Shown one piece after another: positions 48,810-59,722 of a stretch of 64,000 nt of DNA. The DNA is taken from positions 67,586 to 131,585 of the IMG/VR virus record IMGVR_UViG_3300050336_000170; one strand, given 5' to 3'. The notes under the pieces are model-generated. The model was not told where the DNA came from. It did no database searches and saw only the letters and a list, made by a program, of their open reading frames with translations. Source of the stretch: a virus. Lineage: Duplodnaviria; Caudoviricetes. The position numbers and the translations under genes were made by a program. Each line of letters starts with the position of its first letter. The first letter of the stretch is position 1.

Positions 48810-49376
48810 ATGTACTTATTTGGGAAAGATACAAAATATTTGTTGGTAGAATGTGATAAATGTGGCAAGGTACTTAAGATAAATAGAAACTTAGCAATTG
48901 AAAAAGAAAACGGAAACTTTACATCGAGTCAAACAATTAATTGTCCCTGTGGAAATTCGTCAGATATAATATTATTTGATAAACCACAGAATTTTAGCAA
49001 TACAAGTACCAAATATAATTTCAGTCAAAATAAGAAAACTCAAGAAGTAAGCAAGAAAAACAAAGGTTGTCTGCCTATTATAGCAGTAATTATATTAATA
49101 GTTATTGTTATCTCTGTTTTTAGGCAAACTGATCCAAAAATGCAAGCATATATATGTGCTAAAGATGCTGTTACAGCACAACTAAAAAGTCCTTCTTCTG
49201 CACATTTTTCGTCTTATGTAGATAGTAATATTTCTGAGATTGATGAAAATAAATATATGGTATCTGGAACTGTTGAGGCTGAAAATTCTTTTGGTGCAAA
49301 ATTAGAGCAAAGTTTTTACGTTACAATAATTATTGAAGATAAAGGATATATAATAGAGAGTGTATTGATAATATAA
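48810..49376 (+). CDS. Zinc-ribbon membrane protein (moron)
   Basis: CDKC...CPC, TM helix, QLKSPSSA.F...V.AENSFGA. Confidence 0.75.
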   Translation: MYLFGKDTKYLLVECDKCGKVLKINRNLAIEKENGNFTSSQTINCPCGNSSDIILFDKPQNFSNTSTKYNFSQNKKTQEVSKKNKGCLPIIAVIILIVIVISVFRQTDPKMQAYICAKDAVTAQLKSPSSAHFSSYVDSNISEIDENKYMVSGTVEAENSFGAKLEQSFYVTIIIEDKGYIIESVLII

Positions 49377-49478
49377 TAAAGTTTGTCTAAATAATCCCTC
49401 CCTCCCAACAAAAATATTTGCATATTATGGCAGAAGTGTTATAATTATGGAGTATTTTGTTGTTGTTGGAGGGATAGT

Positions 49479-50186
49479 ATGGAAAAATTTATACCAGAAA
49501 AAATTAATCATAGAATATTGCAACCATTATCAAAAAATAATAAGAAAAATCATAGTATTATAGCAAAAGATTCAAGCATATGTGTAGAAAACATAAACGT
49601 TTATGTTAACAATATCAAAGAATATTTATTGTTAACCGATGTTTGTGAATGTAGTTCTTTACTGATCTCTGAGAATAATTGGTTTTTTAGGAAGGGAAAT
49701 GTTAAACTAAGAGGTAAGAATAATATTGCGTTATCTTTGTCTATTGGACAACTAATAAAAATTGATCTAGGGAAGGATTATGATGTAGAATCTGGTCTTA
49801 TACATTATGGACTTGTGCTTAAAGTTTTAAAAGACAAGGTATTAGTAATTCCAATGACAACAGCTCAAAAACAAATAGATGTGTCTTTCCATCCAGTTGA
49901 AAATAAAAATGGCAAATTTCATTTGAGAAAAGGGCTTCTGTCAGAGGGTTTTACGAAACCAGTTGCGTTATATATTAACGACATTAGATGTATATCTATT
50001 GGTAGATTATTACCATACGATAAAGTTGATATTATTAACATATCTGCATATAATGATATAAGAGAACACGTATTAAGATATTATTTTTCAGATATTTTTA
50101 AATCAAAAGATCAGATAATAAAAAATTTAGTCGAGGAAAACAATAAGTTAAAAGAAGAAGTTAAAAAATTCCATATTGGTACTTGA
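49479..50186 (+). CDS. Orphan PemK/MazF-fold endoribonuclease toxin
   Basis: GQLIKIDLG...E.G..HYGLVL...VLVIPMTT...IRCISIGRL; own promoter TTGCAT-16-TATAAT; no protein antitoxin gene adjacent. Confidence 0.78.
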   Translation: MEKFIPEKINHRILQPLSKNNKKNHSIIAKDSSICVENINVYVNNIKEYLLLTDVCECSSLLISENNWFFRKGNVKLRGKNNIALSLSIGQLIKIDLGKDYDVESGLIHYGLVLKVLKDKVLVIPMTTAQKQIDVSFHPVENKNGKFHLRKGLLSEGFTKPVALYINDIRCISIGRLLPYDKVDIINISAYNDIREHVLRYYFSDIFKSKDQIIKNLVEENNKLKEEVKKFHIGT

Positions 50187-50211
50187 CAAAATGAAATGTA
50201 TACGCTATACT
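50183..50211 (+). promoter_or_regulatory. SigA promoter overlapping toxin stop codon
   Basis: TTGACA (50183-50188, contains the TGA stop)-17-TATACT. Confidence 0.85.
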
Positions 50212-50216
50212 ATAGA

Positions 50217-50301
50217 CGATGGATTTTAATCCGTATTATTAAGTGGACATTAGAGTCCGATTTATTAGAAAAAAGGCACTAACTTTTGTTAGTGCCTTTT
50301 T
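50217..50301 (+). ncRNA. ~85-nt two-repeat small RNA downstream of toxin
   Basis: Units TGGATTTTAATCCGTATTATTAAG and TGGACATTAGAGTCCGATTTATTAG, then terminator AAAAAGGCACTAAC/GTTAGTGCCTTTTT; no ORF. Confidence 0.7.
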
Positions 50302-50513
50302 CATTTAAAAATAATAATGTTATCTATTCTTCGTTGGGCTACTGACTGAAGAATTAAGTTTAATGTAAGACCTCCCCTAACACGGGGAGGTTTTGCTTTG
50401 CATTTTTTGTGGTTGGTTGGTTGGGTTTAAGGAATTAAATAAAATTAAGCAGGGTAAAAGCCCTGCTTTTATTATGCCCTTTTCAGGGATGTAAAAGGGG
50501 TGAACATGTTTGA

Positions 50514-53500
50514 ATGGCAAATAATCAAAGCGGTGTTAGTTTAGGTCTTCGTATAACACCAACTGATATTCAAAAAGTAGAGCAACAGCTTGATAACTTA
50601 ATTAAAAAATATAGTGGTAAGAAAATATCATTAGGGCTAGATACTTTTAATCAGGCAACAAGCAGTGCGAAAACATTTTCTGTAAATATTGATGCTTCTC
50701 AAAAGAAGTTAATACAGATGAATAACCAATTACAGCAATTAAAAAATACTCTTGCTAAAATTGGTTCATCTTCAGAAAATAGTGTTCTATTTAAAAGAAA
50801 GTCTGATTTACTTAGTGATTATCAGCGATTGAATTCAGAATTAAAAGACATAGATGTTACAAGCGAAAAGTGGATTAATGGTAATTATCCTCAACAAGTA
50901 AAGAATCTTCAAGCTAATTTGAAAGTTGCTTCAAATGAGATGGGGAATTTTACTACTAAAATTTTAGCTGGAGCTAAGTCTTTTTTACAATGGTATGCCA
51001 TTGGTAATATTATAGCTGGTATAAAAAGATCGATTGTAAGTGGTATTCAGTCAATAGCTGATCTTGATATTGCAATGGTTGAATTACGTAAAGTAACAGA
51101 TGAAACTGAATCTACATATAAAGAATTTTATTTAACTAGCAATGATACTGCTAAAGCGTTAGGGGTAGAAATAGTTGCCCCCCTGTATCGTGAGGTATGG
51201 GAGAGAAGTTTTTATGTACAAATGAGTACATAAAGATGAGAAAGTTGGCTGCTTCGGTGAAAATCCAGTAATTATATTGGAAAATACCGAGAAATACTTT
51301 GTTTATAATTTTCGCACTAAATTAAATGAGGGTTAATTTAGATAACTTAATATTGTTGAAACCAGAAAGGGATAGGTTGAATTAGCTACTCAACCGAGAA
51401 GATTTTCTCCGTCTTCCCTTTCTGTTTTTATTTTATGGAGAAATATAGGGGATACTTAATGGGTATAAAATATACATATGAACAGGTTAAAATGTTATTT
51501 GAACATCGAGGATATGAGTTAATTTCTGATTGTTATAAAAACTCTAAAACTAAATTGAAAGCCATAGATAGAGATGGATATTTTTATGATATAAGTCTCA
51601 CTAATTTATTAAGTGGTTTTATACCTTGTAAAGTTGGTAGAAACAATCCATACACTATTATAAATATTCAGAATTTTTTAAATATAAATGATTCTGGCAT
51701 AACATTAAAAACTGAAGAATTTATTTCAAGCGATAATCCATTAATTTTGCTATGCACATGCGGAAACGAATATAAATGCTCATATAATGTTTTACACTCA
51801 CAAAGAAAATTTCTGTGTAATAAATGTCAAACAAAAAATATTGCTAGTAAAAATCGTTTAAATATTGAATTTCTAAAAGAGCAATTTATTCGCAATAATT
51901 ATATTCCTTTATTTAATTCATATACAAATACAGAAGAAAGATTATTATGTAAAGATGCTAATGGTTTTGAAGGGTTATTATCATATGATAGTTTAATGAG
52001 AAACAATACTATATCAAGATATAGTATTTATAACCCACATACAATTAAAAATATTAAACATTATATCGCAATTAACAATCTATCTTGCGAATTAATAAGT
52101 GATAAATTTGAAGGATGTTCATCAGATCTTATTTTTAGATGTGAATGTGGGAATCTTTATAAAATATCGTGGACTGCTTTTATTTCAAAAAATAATGGGA
52201 TAATGTGTCAGAATTGTTCAAGAAAGATTTCAAAATATCAATTCAAAGTTAATACTTTCTTAAAAGAGCATAATATTAATTTTATATCAGAATATAAAAT
52301 TGCTAATTGTAGGAATATATATCCATTGCCTTTTGATTATGCTATATTAGATAAAGAGAAAAATTTGAAATTTTTAATAGAACTAGACGGTGAACAACAC
52401 TTTAAAGCTGTAAATGCATGGGGAGGTAATGATGCTTTTATTCGTGGTTGTAAAAGAGATGAAATAAAAAATAAATATTGTAATGAGAATAATATAGAAT
52501 TATTGCGTATCCCTTATTATAATTTTAAGAATTATAAAAATCTGATATTATTAAAGTTAATCGAACATAATATATTCATTGACAAAAGTGCTTGAACCCT
52601 CATTCAAGCACTTTTGCATATAAAAAACAAAGTATTTTGTAACGACTACGTGATAAATATAGAAATATATTTATCCACGCCAACCTGATCAACAACCGTT
52701 GACCAGATGCTATAGTCTGAACATGCATGGTAACATGCAGAGGTAGGCAGAAATGACCTACCCCCTACTTTTTGTAGGAGTAACAACATGGACAACGCAA
52801 GCAGTAATAGAGGCTACATCTAAATGGGCGCAAATGGGCTTCGAAATTGAAGAGGCATCTAAATTAGCAGAAGCATCCGCAATATTTTCTAATATATCTG
52901 AAAATATGGATATTAATGCTGCTACAGATACGATGATTTCTTCTATTAAAGCATTTGGTTTTGAAGCAGACGATGCAATTACTCAAGTTGTGGACAAAGT
53001 AAATCAATTAGGCAATTCCTTTGCGATCACAAATTCAGATCTGGCTAATATTTTAACTCGCTCGGCTTCAGCAATGGAAGTTGCTAATAATAGTATTGAC
53101 CAGATTTTATCACTTGGTACTGCTGCTAATGAAATTGTTCAGGATAGCGAAAAAGTTGGAACAGCTATGAAAACAATTTCTTTACGCCTTATGCAAGTGG
53201 ATGAAGAAACTGGAACTACTACAGAAGAATTAGAAAAATTAGGAGATACCTTAAAGGGATTGACTGGAGTTAGCATTTTTGAGTCCGATGGAGAGACAAT
53301 GCGCTCTACGTATGAAATCTTAAAATCTATTTCTGAAATTTTTGATGATTTAAGTGACTCTGCTCAAGCTGATGTTTTGCAATTAATTGGTGGCACTAGA
53401 CAGGCCAACATTGTTTCTGCAATTCTGACAAATTTCTCAGTTGCTGAAAAAGCTTTAAGTGAATCTATCGGAAGTGCAAACAGTTCTCTCACTGAGCAAG

Positions 53501-56500
53501 CCACATATATGGATTCAATATCTGCACGTGTTAACGAATTTAAGGAATCAATTACAGGTTTATGGCAAAATACTATATCAACTGATAGTATTAAAAATGC
53601 TGTTACAGTAGGTACAACCCTTATAGGAATTTTAGATAAATTAGTTAACAGTGTTGGTAATTTAGGATTAAAGTTGTTAGCAACAGCATCTGCCTATACT
53701 GTATATCTTGCTCTTAAAAAGTCTCATTTAGGATTATCTATAGCATCCACAGTAGCTAATATTAAAGAAGCGGCTTCTATAGTATCAATTGGCGTAGCAG
53801 ATGCCGCTACAGCTTTGGCTACAAAAGGATTTAGTGCAGCGTTGAAGGAACTTGGAGCAACAATGTCATTAGTTGCTAGTGCAAGTCCTTTAGCGGTATT
53901 TATGGCTATTACAACAGCAATAACATTATTGTCTTTGGGCATTGATGCTGCAACAACTTCATTAGAAGAGCAAAAACAGGAACTTGAAGATGTTCGTCAA
54001 GAATATAATAGTCTTAAATCCGATATAGAAAATCTTAATACTGAACTTGAAACAACTCAAGATAGAATAGATGAGTTAAATGGTAAAGATCATTTAACTA
54101 TAATTGAACAGTCTGAATTAGTTAAATTAAAAGAAACTAATATTGAACTTCAGCGACAGATAGATTTATTAAATGCAAAAGAAAAGAAAACAGCAGAAAC
54201 ATTAGCCGATACAACTGAAACGACATTTAATAAGCAAAATGAAACTGGTGGTTTTGCTGGTTGGGAAGATGTTTGGGATGGAACAGATATTGTAGGTCAG
54301 GTTTGGGTAACTGAAACTGAACGGTTCCAAGAATATCTTCAAACATTGGAATCAATTGAAAGACAGAAAAAAGCTTTAATAGATGCTGGAAAAGATAAAA
54401 ACCCCGATGGCACTGATTCGCAAGCTTGGATAGATTTGCAGAATCAAGCAAAAGAATATGATGGTTATTTAACAGAATTATCTAATTCATATCAACAATA
54501 TTTAAACGATTATGAAGAAGCTATTCTTGGTGGAGCTAGTCTAGACGAAGATCAAGAAGCTCAATACAATTCTCTTAAACAATTAATAAGCGCATATTCA
54601 AATATTGTTGACCCAATTGGTGCTGCAACTGCCGCTCAAGAGAAATTTAATTTACTACTAGATTCCGATCCTTCTTCAAAATTCAATAAAGCACTTGAAC
54701 GATTGTCTAAACAAGGGAATATAACCTCAACAGATATTTTATATTTAGCTAGTGTATTTCCTGAATTAAGACAATATTTAATTGAAAGTGGTATAAGCAC
54801 TGATGATTTAGCAGAGTATCTAAATACTTTATCAATTTCATCTGATAAAACTGCATCATCAATTAAATCATTATCTGATATATATGCAGAAATCAAAGAC
54901 AATTCAGAATTAGTATCAAAAGCATATGAGGAAATGTCTGATTCTGGAACAGTATCTGTTGATACTATGATGGAGTTAATTGATGCAGGGTTAGCAACTG
55001 AATCCGCTTTTACTAAAACAGCGAATGGTTTTGTTATCTCTAAAAACGCTTTAGATAACTTGAAAAGTTCTGCTTTAGGAGCATATCAAGTTGACTTAAA
55101 TAATGCTCAAAAAGCCGCAGAAACAGTTTTAGGTGCTGAATATTTAAAGCAAAAAGGATATGATGGCACAACTAAATCTATAATTGCTTTACTTGAAGCA
55201 AGGGTAGCACTATTAAGGGCTGAAGGTCAAGGTGAAATAGTAGGTGTAACACCTTGGGGCGTACTTACTAATTATACCAAGGAATTTGAAAATACAACAA
55301 ATGCTTTAAGTGATCTTTATGCGACTCTTGCTGAATTTACTAGAGCTAATGATTTGTTTGAAGGTATTCTTGGTGGTGGTTCTAGCGGTGGCGGTGGTGG
55401 TTCTAGTTCATCTTCAAAAGAACAAACTGAACTTAAAAAACTACAAGAGGCACTAGATAATTATTTATCTGCGAAAGAACACGAAATATTCTTACTTGAA
55501 CAGCAAGAAGGTACTGAACAAGAGCAAATTAAAGCATATAAAGAGTTACAAGATGCTCTTCATGCTACAGCCGTGGCTATACGTGCGTTACCTCAAACAG
55601 AGGAAACAAAACGCGCTTTAGAAGAATTGTCGGAATCTTGGTATGGATACCAGTCAGACATTAAAAAAATTCAAGAATCCATTGCCGATAACATTAAAGA
55701 ATCCAATGAAAAAGCTTTTGATGAACTTTCTAAAGTAGTAGATGGGTATAAAGATTATTTAAAAGAACTAAATGACGCAGAGAATGATCGTATCCAAGAA
55801 GGAATAGACCTAATCAATCTTAAAAAAGAAGCTACTGACAAATATTACCAAGATAGAATAGATCAACTTCAAGCTGAACATGATGCTACTGAAGATAATA
55901 ATACTTTGCTTGAATTGCAAAACGAACTAATCAAAGCACAACAAGAATTAGCTAATGCGTCAAAAGAACGTACAGTTAAACAACTACAAGGTCAAGAATG
56001 GGTATGGATACAAGACCCACAAACCATGCAAGACTTAAAAGATGCTGTAACTAATGCTCAAAATGCTTACAATGAAGAAGTTGCTGAACAAGAATATGAA
56101 GAAGCGGTCAAGAAATTAGAAGAAGCCCAAGCATCAGCACTTCAACGTTTCGAGGATCAAATTATAGTTCTTGAAGAGGAATTAGAATTAGCTAATCAGC
56201 GTTACGAGGAGCAAATTGATTTTCTAGACAATCAATTACAAGATGCTGAAGATTTGCTTGATGGTTCTGTGGACAAATTAGTTACATCTCTTTCAGAATT
56301 AACTGCTGAAATAAACAAATATTATCAATCAATATCGTCAAACAGTAGTAGCGTCAGTGAGGTTAGTATCCCACCTGTAAGAAGTGGTTCTGATTCAAAT
56401 ACATACAGTGTTGATGATTTGACATCAAATTATGCGACATCATTATTTAACGAAGGCTATTCATATGATGTCGGTACAGGAACATGGATTGATCCTAGTG

Positions 56501-56790
56501 GTATTCCTATTTATCATAGTGGAACTGCTTCAGTTGGTAGTAGTTATATTACACCAGCACAAAATGAAACATTAGCTTTATTAGAGGATAAAGAAGCTGT
56601 GTTAAAGGCTGTTCAATTTATGAATGTTGGTAAGATTGTATCTGCAATGAAGCCTAGTACGAGTTTGATTAATAACAATAGCAATTCAAATTCTGTTGAT
56701 AATTCTCAAAATATTAACACTGTAAATATCAATAACAATAGTAATAATAGTTTCTTTGAAGTTCTTAAGCTAGCAAAAATGAAAAGATAG
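50514..56790 (+). CDS. Tail tape measure protein, spliced: join(50514..51166,52791..56790), 1550 aa
   Basis: TP901-type core (LDIAMVELRKVTDET...LG-V-TTQAVIEATSKWAQMG...VGTAMKTISLR); long coiled coil; C-terminal YHSGT. Confidence 0.92.
51167..52790 (+). mobile_element. Group I intron in tape measure gene
   Basis: P1 GGGGU/GCCCC with U-G at splice site; P3 GTTGGC/GCCAAC; AAATACTTTGTTT/AAACAAAGTATTT helix enclosing the ORF; ACGACTA (52642) and GCTATAGTCT (52709); ends in G; frame restored. Confidence 0.92.
51435..52595 (+). CDS. Intron-encoded Vsr-like (EDxHD-type) homing endonuclease with zinc-ribbon repeats
   Basis: CxCG...CxxC repeats; LPFDY...LIELDGEQHF...RDEIKN.YC...LLRIPY. Confidence 0.88.
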   Translation: MEKYRGYLMGIKYTYEQVKMLFEHRGYELISDCYKNSKTKLKAIDRDGYFYDISLTNLLSGFIPCKVGRNNPYTIINIQNFLNINDSGITLKTEEFISSDNPLILLCTCGNEYKCSYNVLHSQRKFLCNKCQTKNIASKNRLNIEFLKEQFIRNNYIPLFNSYTNTEERLLCKDANGFEGLLSYDSLMRNNTISRYSIYNPHTIKNIKHYIAINNLSCELISDKFEGCSSDLIFRCECGNLYKISWTAFISKNNGIMCQNCSRKISKYQFKVNTFLKEHNINFISEYKIANCRNIYPLPFDYAILDKEKNLKFLIELDGEQHFKAVNAWGGNDAFIRGCKRDEIKNKYCNENNIELLRIPYYNFKNYKNLILLKLIEHNIFIDKSA

Positions 56791-56810
56791 AAAGGGGTGC
56801 ATAAGATAAA

Positions 56811-58628
56811 TTGGCTCTATATTATCCAAAAGTAATTTCTCCAAGTAGTGGTGCTGTAATAGACCCTACTGCGGAGAATACTTTTACATATCAGATACAA
56901 GGTAATTCACGATGTACAGGATATAAATTTAGTATTTTAAACACAAATAACGACACAGTATATGACGGAACAAAAGTTGATATATCATCTGCGCCCCTTT
57001 ACAATGAGGAAAAACTTTATGTAACAATTGCGGCAAATGCTACTAATTGCAGTGTTGGTAATGCTTATAAACATAAAGTTATAGCATACTTTCCGGAAGA
57101 ATTAAGTAATACATTAGTCAAAAATGGTTTGTTTTCTACTAATCTATTAAATTGGAATTATGGTTCAAACTGGACATATTCATCTGGTAAAGCACAATGT
57201 ACGGCTGGTTCAACAAATTCAATAAATCAGACTGTTGCTGTTAAGTCTGGTAATAAATATAGATTGTCTGTTGTAGCAACAAGAACAGCAGGAACATTAA
57301 CTTGTACTTTCGGATCATGTGTTAAAAATGGAACTTTTGATATTAATTTGGATGATTGGAATTATGGTTCGAACTGGACATATGATACTGAAAAAGCGAA
57401 GTGTACGGCAGGACTAACTACACCTATAACGCAAAGTATACCTACAATAGTGGGGAAAACTTATAAAGTTACAGTTGTAGCAACTAGGACTGCTGGTACA
57501 CTTACATGTACTTTTGGTTCTGCTACTGGTAGTTTATCTATATCGACAAGCAATACATTCACTCAGAATTTTGTTGCAACTGCTGAAAGTGAGACATTGA
57601 CTTTTACACCAGACGCAACATTTGCAGGTACAATAGATGATATTACTGTTGTGGAAATACTTAACATTACTTCAAGTAATACATTTACGCAAGATTTCAT
57701 GGTTGTTTCAAGTAGTGTATCTTTAGCATTTACACCTGATGCTATATTTGCAGGTACTATTGACAATGTATCAATTAAGTTAGTGACAGATAAGGTTTCA
57801 TCGCAAGAAACACTATTTTGGGCATACACTACCCCTACCCTATCAATTAATATGCCATCAACATCTCCGTATAATTTACAATATTATACGTTTACTGTAA
57901 ATTATACTCAGGCTGAAGGTATTGGAATTAAGGAATATGAATATAGGCTATATGACAGCACAATGACTGTAATTGACACATTTAAGGTTATTGGTTCAAG
58001 TAAAACTGATTATCCTGTTGATGGTCTAAAAAGTGGGGAAACATATTTTATTCAAGCCACTGTAACAAACCAAATGGACGTTTCATTGGATTCAGACATA
58101 GAGGAATTTAGTGTTAGTTATAACTCTGCTAGTTTTGTTCTTGACCCTGTATTAACAAATAATGTTCAGTATAATGCTATTGATATTAACTGGTCTGCTT
58201 CTCAAATACTTGGTGTAGCAAGTAATCCAAGTGGATATCAGTTTATACCTCAATTCATTTATAGTACGAATGTTGGTATTCATATTGATACTGGTGTAAA
58301 TATTATATATGAAGATTTAGTCTTTCCAAACAACTTTACATATCCTTATGTATTCAGTCCAGATTATGGGTATACGGGTACATTAGTTGAATTTGATGAC
58401 GAAGCTTCAAATGCCTATAAATTAACTTTTAATGGAACAAATCTAATATATATTAAGAACAATATAACAGTGTCTTCATATGACATTTCAACTTATGGAT
58501 TAAACTATTGGATTGTTACAATGCAACCAACACAAATTTACTTCAAATTTATTGTTACAAGTGAGATATATCCTGCTAGTGATTTGTATCCAAGTGATAC
58601 GTTATATCCAGTAATGTTAACAGAATAA
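56811..58628 (+). CDS. Tail-tip protein with nested CBM-like domains and FN3-like domain
   Basis: Follows tape measure; internal repeats; YEYRLYD...GLKSGETY. Confidence 0.75.
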   Translation: MALYYPKVISPSSGAVIDPTAENTFTYQIQGNSRCTGYKFSILNTNNDTVYDGTKVDISSAPLYNEEKLYVTIAANATNCSVGNAYKHKVIAYFPEELSNTLVKNGLFSTNLLNWNYGSNWTYSSGKAQCTAGSTNSINQTVAVKSGNKYRLSVVATRTAGTLTCTFGSCVKNGTFDINLDDWNYGSNWTYDTEKAKCTAGLTTPITQSIPTIVGKTYKVTVVATRTAGTLTCTFGSATGSLSISTSNTFTQNFVATAESETLTFTPDATFAGTIDDITVVEILNITSSNTFTQDFMVVSSSVSLAFTPDAIFAGTIDNVSIKLVTDKVSSQETLFWAYTTPTLSINMPSTSPYNLQYYTFTVNYTQAEGIGIKEYEYRLYDSTMTVIDTFKVIGSSKTDYPVDGLKSGETYFIQATVTNQMDVSLDSDIEEFSVSYNSASFVLDPVLTNNVQYNAIDINWSASQILGVASNPSGYQFIPQFIYSTNVGIHIDTGVNIIYEDLVFPNNFTYPYVFSPDYGYTGTLVEFDDEASNAYKLTFNGTNLIYIKNNITVSSYDISTYGLNYWIVTMQPTQIYFKFIVTSEIYPASDLYPSDTLYPVMLTE

Positions 58629-58698
58629 AACTTATCTATTGGAGAACTGCTTATTTGGTGGTTCTCCAATTACTTTAATATAAAGGAGGTAATTTAAC

Positions 58699-59292
58699 TT
58701 GCCTTTACAATCATATACTGAGATAAATTTTCAGAATGGCCCATCTGGTGGTACGCCATTAAATTCAACAAATATGAATAAGCTTGAAGATTTATTGGTT
58801 GCAATAAATAATGTATTTCCGTCTGCTTTTGGTGTGCTTACCGCGACAGCAAGTGAACTAAATAAACTTGATGGTGCAACAGTAACAACAGCAGAAATAA
58901 ATAAGTTGGCTGGACTTTTGCCAACAACCACAGAACTTAACTATGTAGATGGTGTTACAAGTTCTATACAAACACAACTAAATGCAAAAGCAAGAATAAT
59001 AATTGGAACATATACAGGTACTGGTACATATGGTTCAAGCAATCCAAATTCATTTATTTTTAGTGTTGTACCTAAAATAGTTTTTATTGGTGGTTATGGT
59101 GGTGTTGCTTTATTTGTTCATGATTCTAGTTCGAGTTTTCCATACTCATACAGTGGCACTGGTGTGTTGTCATTTGTTACCACTTGGAATGATTCAATTC
59201 CCTCTATGTCATGGTATACTAACTCGGCTACTAGTGCTTGGCAACAATTAAATGCATCTGGTACAACATACACTGTTGTTTATATAGCGTGA
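58699..59292 (+). CDS. Short tail fibre-like protein
   Basis: TPLNSTNMNKLE; ELNKLDG/ELNYVDGVTSSIQTQL repeats; GTYTGTG. Confidence 0.7.
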   Translation: MPLQSYTEINFQNGPSGGTPLNSTNMNKLEDLLVAINNVFPSAFGVLTATASELNKLDGATVTTAEINKLAGLLPTTTELNYVDGVTSSIQTQLNAKARIIIGTYTGTGTYGSSNPNSFIFSVVPKIVFIGGYGGVALFVHDSSSSFPYSYSGTGVLSFVTTWNDSIPSMSWYTNSATSAWQQLNASGTTYTVVYIA

Positions 59293-59302
59293 GGTAAAAA
59301 CT

Positions 59303-59707
59303 ATGATAATAATTAAACAAACATCTGAAGTTAACAATGCGTATTTTTCTCAAGATTGGTACAGTGAAAATATTCCAATTGGATTTATTATGATACCAGA
59401 AGAGTTTATAAGTATTTGGGAACAATATAAGCCATTTGTTAATTTTACAATTGTTAATGGCGTTATTACAAATATGACAGATAGTCCTGAAGCTAGAAAT
59501 GCACAATCTATTCTTGATTTAGAAGAAAATACAAAAAATGAAATAGAAAATTTTAAAGTTAAACTTAATATTACAGATTATAAAATTATTAAGTGTTATG
59601 AATATAGCCTAGCTGGATTAGAACTCCCATATGATATAGAAGCTTTACATGCTGAACGTCAATCAATTAGAGATCAGATAAATCTACTTGAATCATCTCT
59701 ACAATAG
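59303..59707 (+). CDS. Tail fibre assembly-like protein
   Basis: TDYKIIKC.E...LPYD...LHAERQ.IRDQIN.LE. Confidence 0.7.
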   Translation: MIIIKQTSEVNNAYFSQDWYSENIPIGFIMIPEEFISIWEQYKPFVNFTIVNGVITNMTDSPEARNAQSILDLEENTKNEIENFKVKLNITDYKIIKCYEYSLAGLELPYDIEALHAERQSIRDQINLLESSLQ

Positions 59708-59722
59708 TGGAGGTGATTTTAA

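Noticed and set aside
20976-56790. Stop-codon reassignment or inteins explaining split terL and tape measure
   Set aside because: Both splits are fully explained by group I introns; other genes are intact in the standard code; no intein motifs seen
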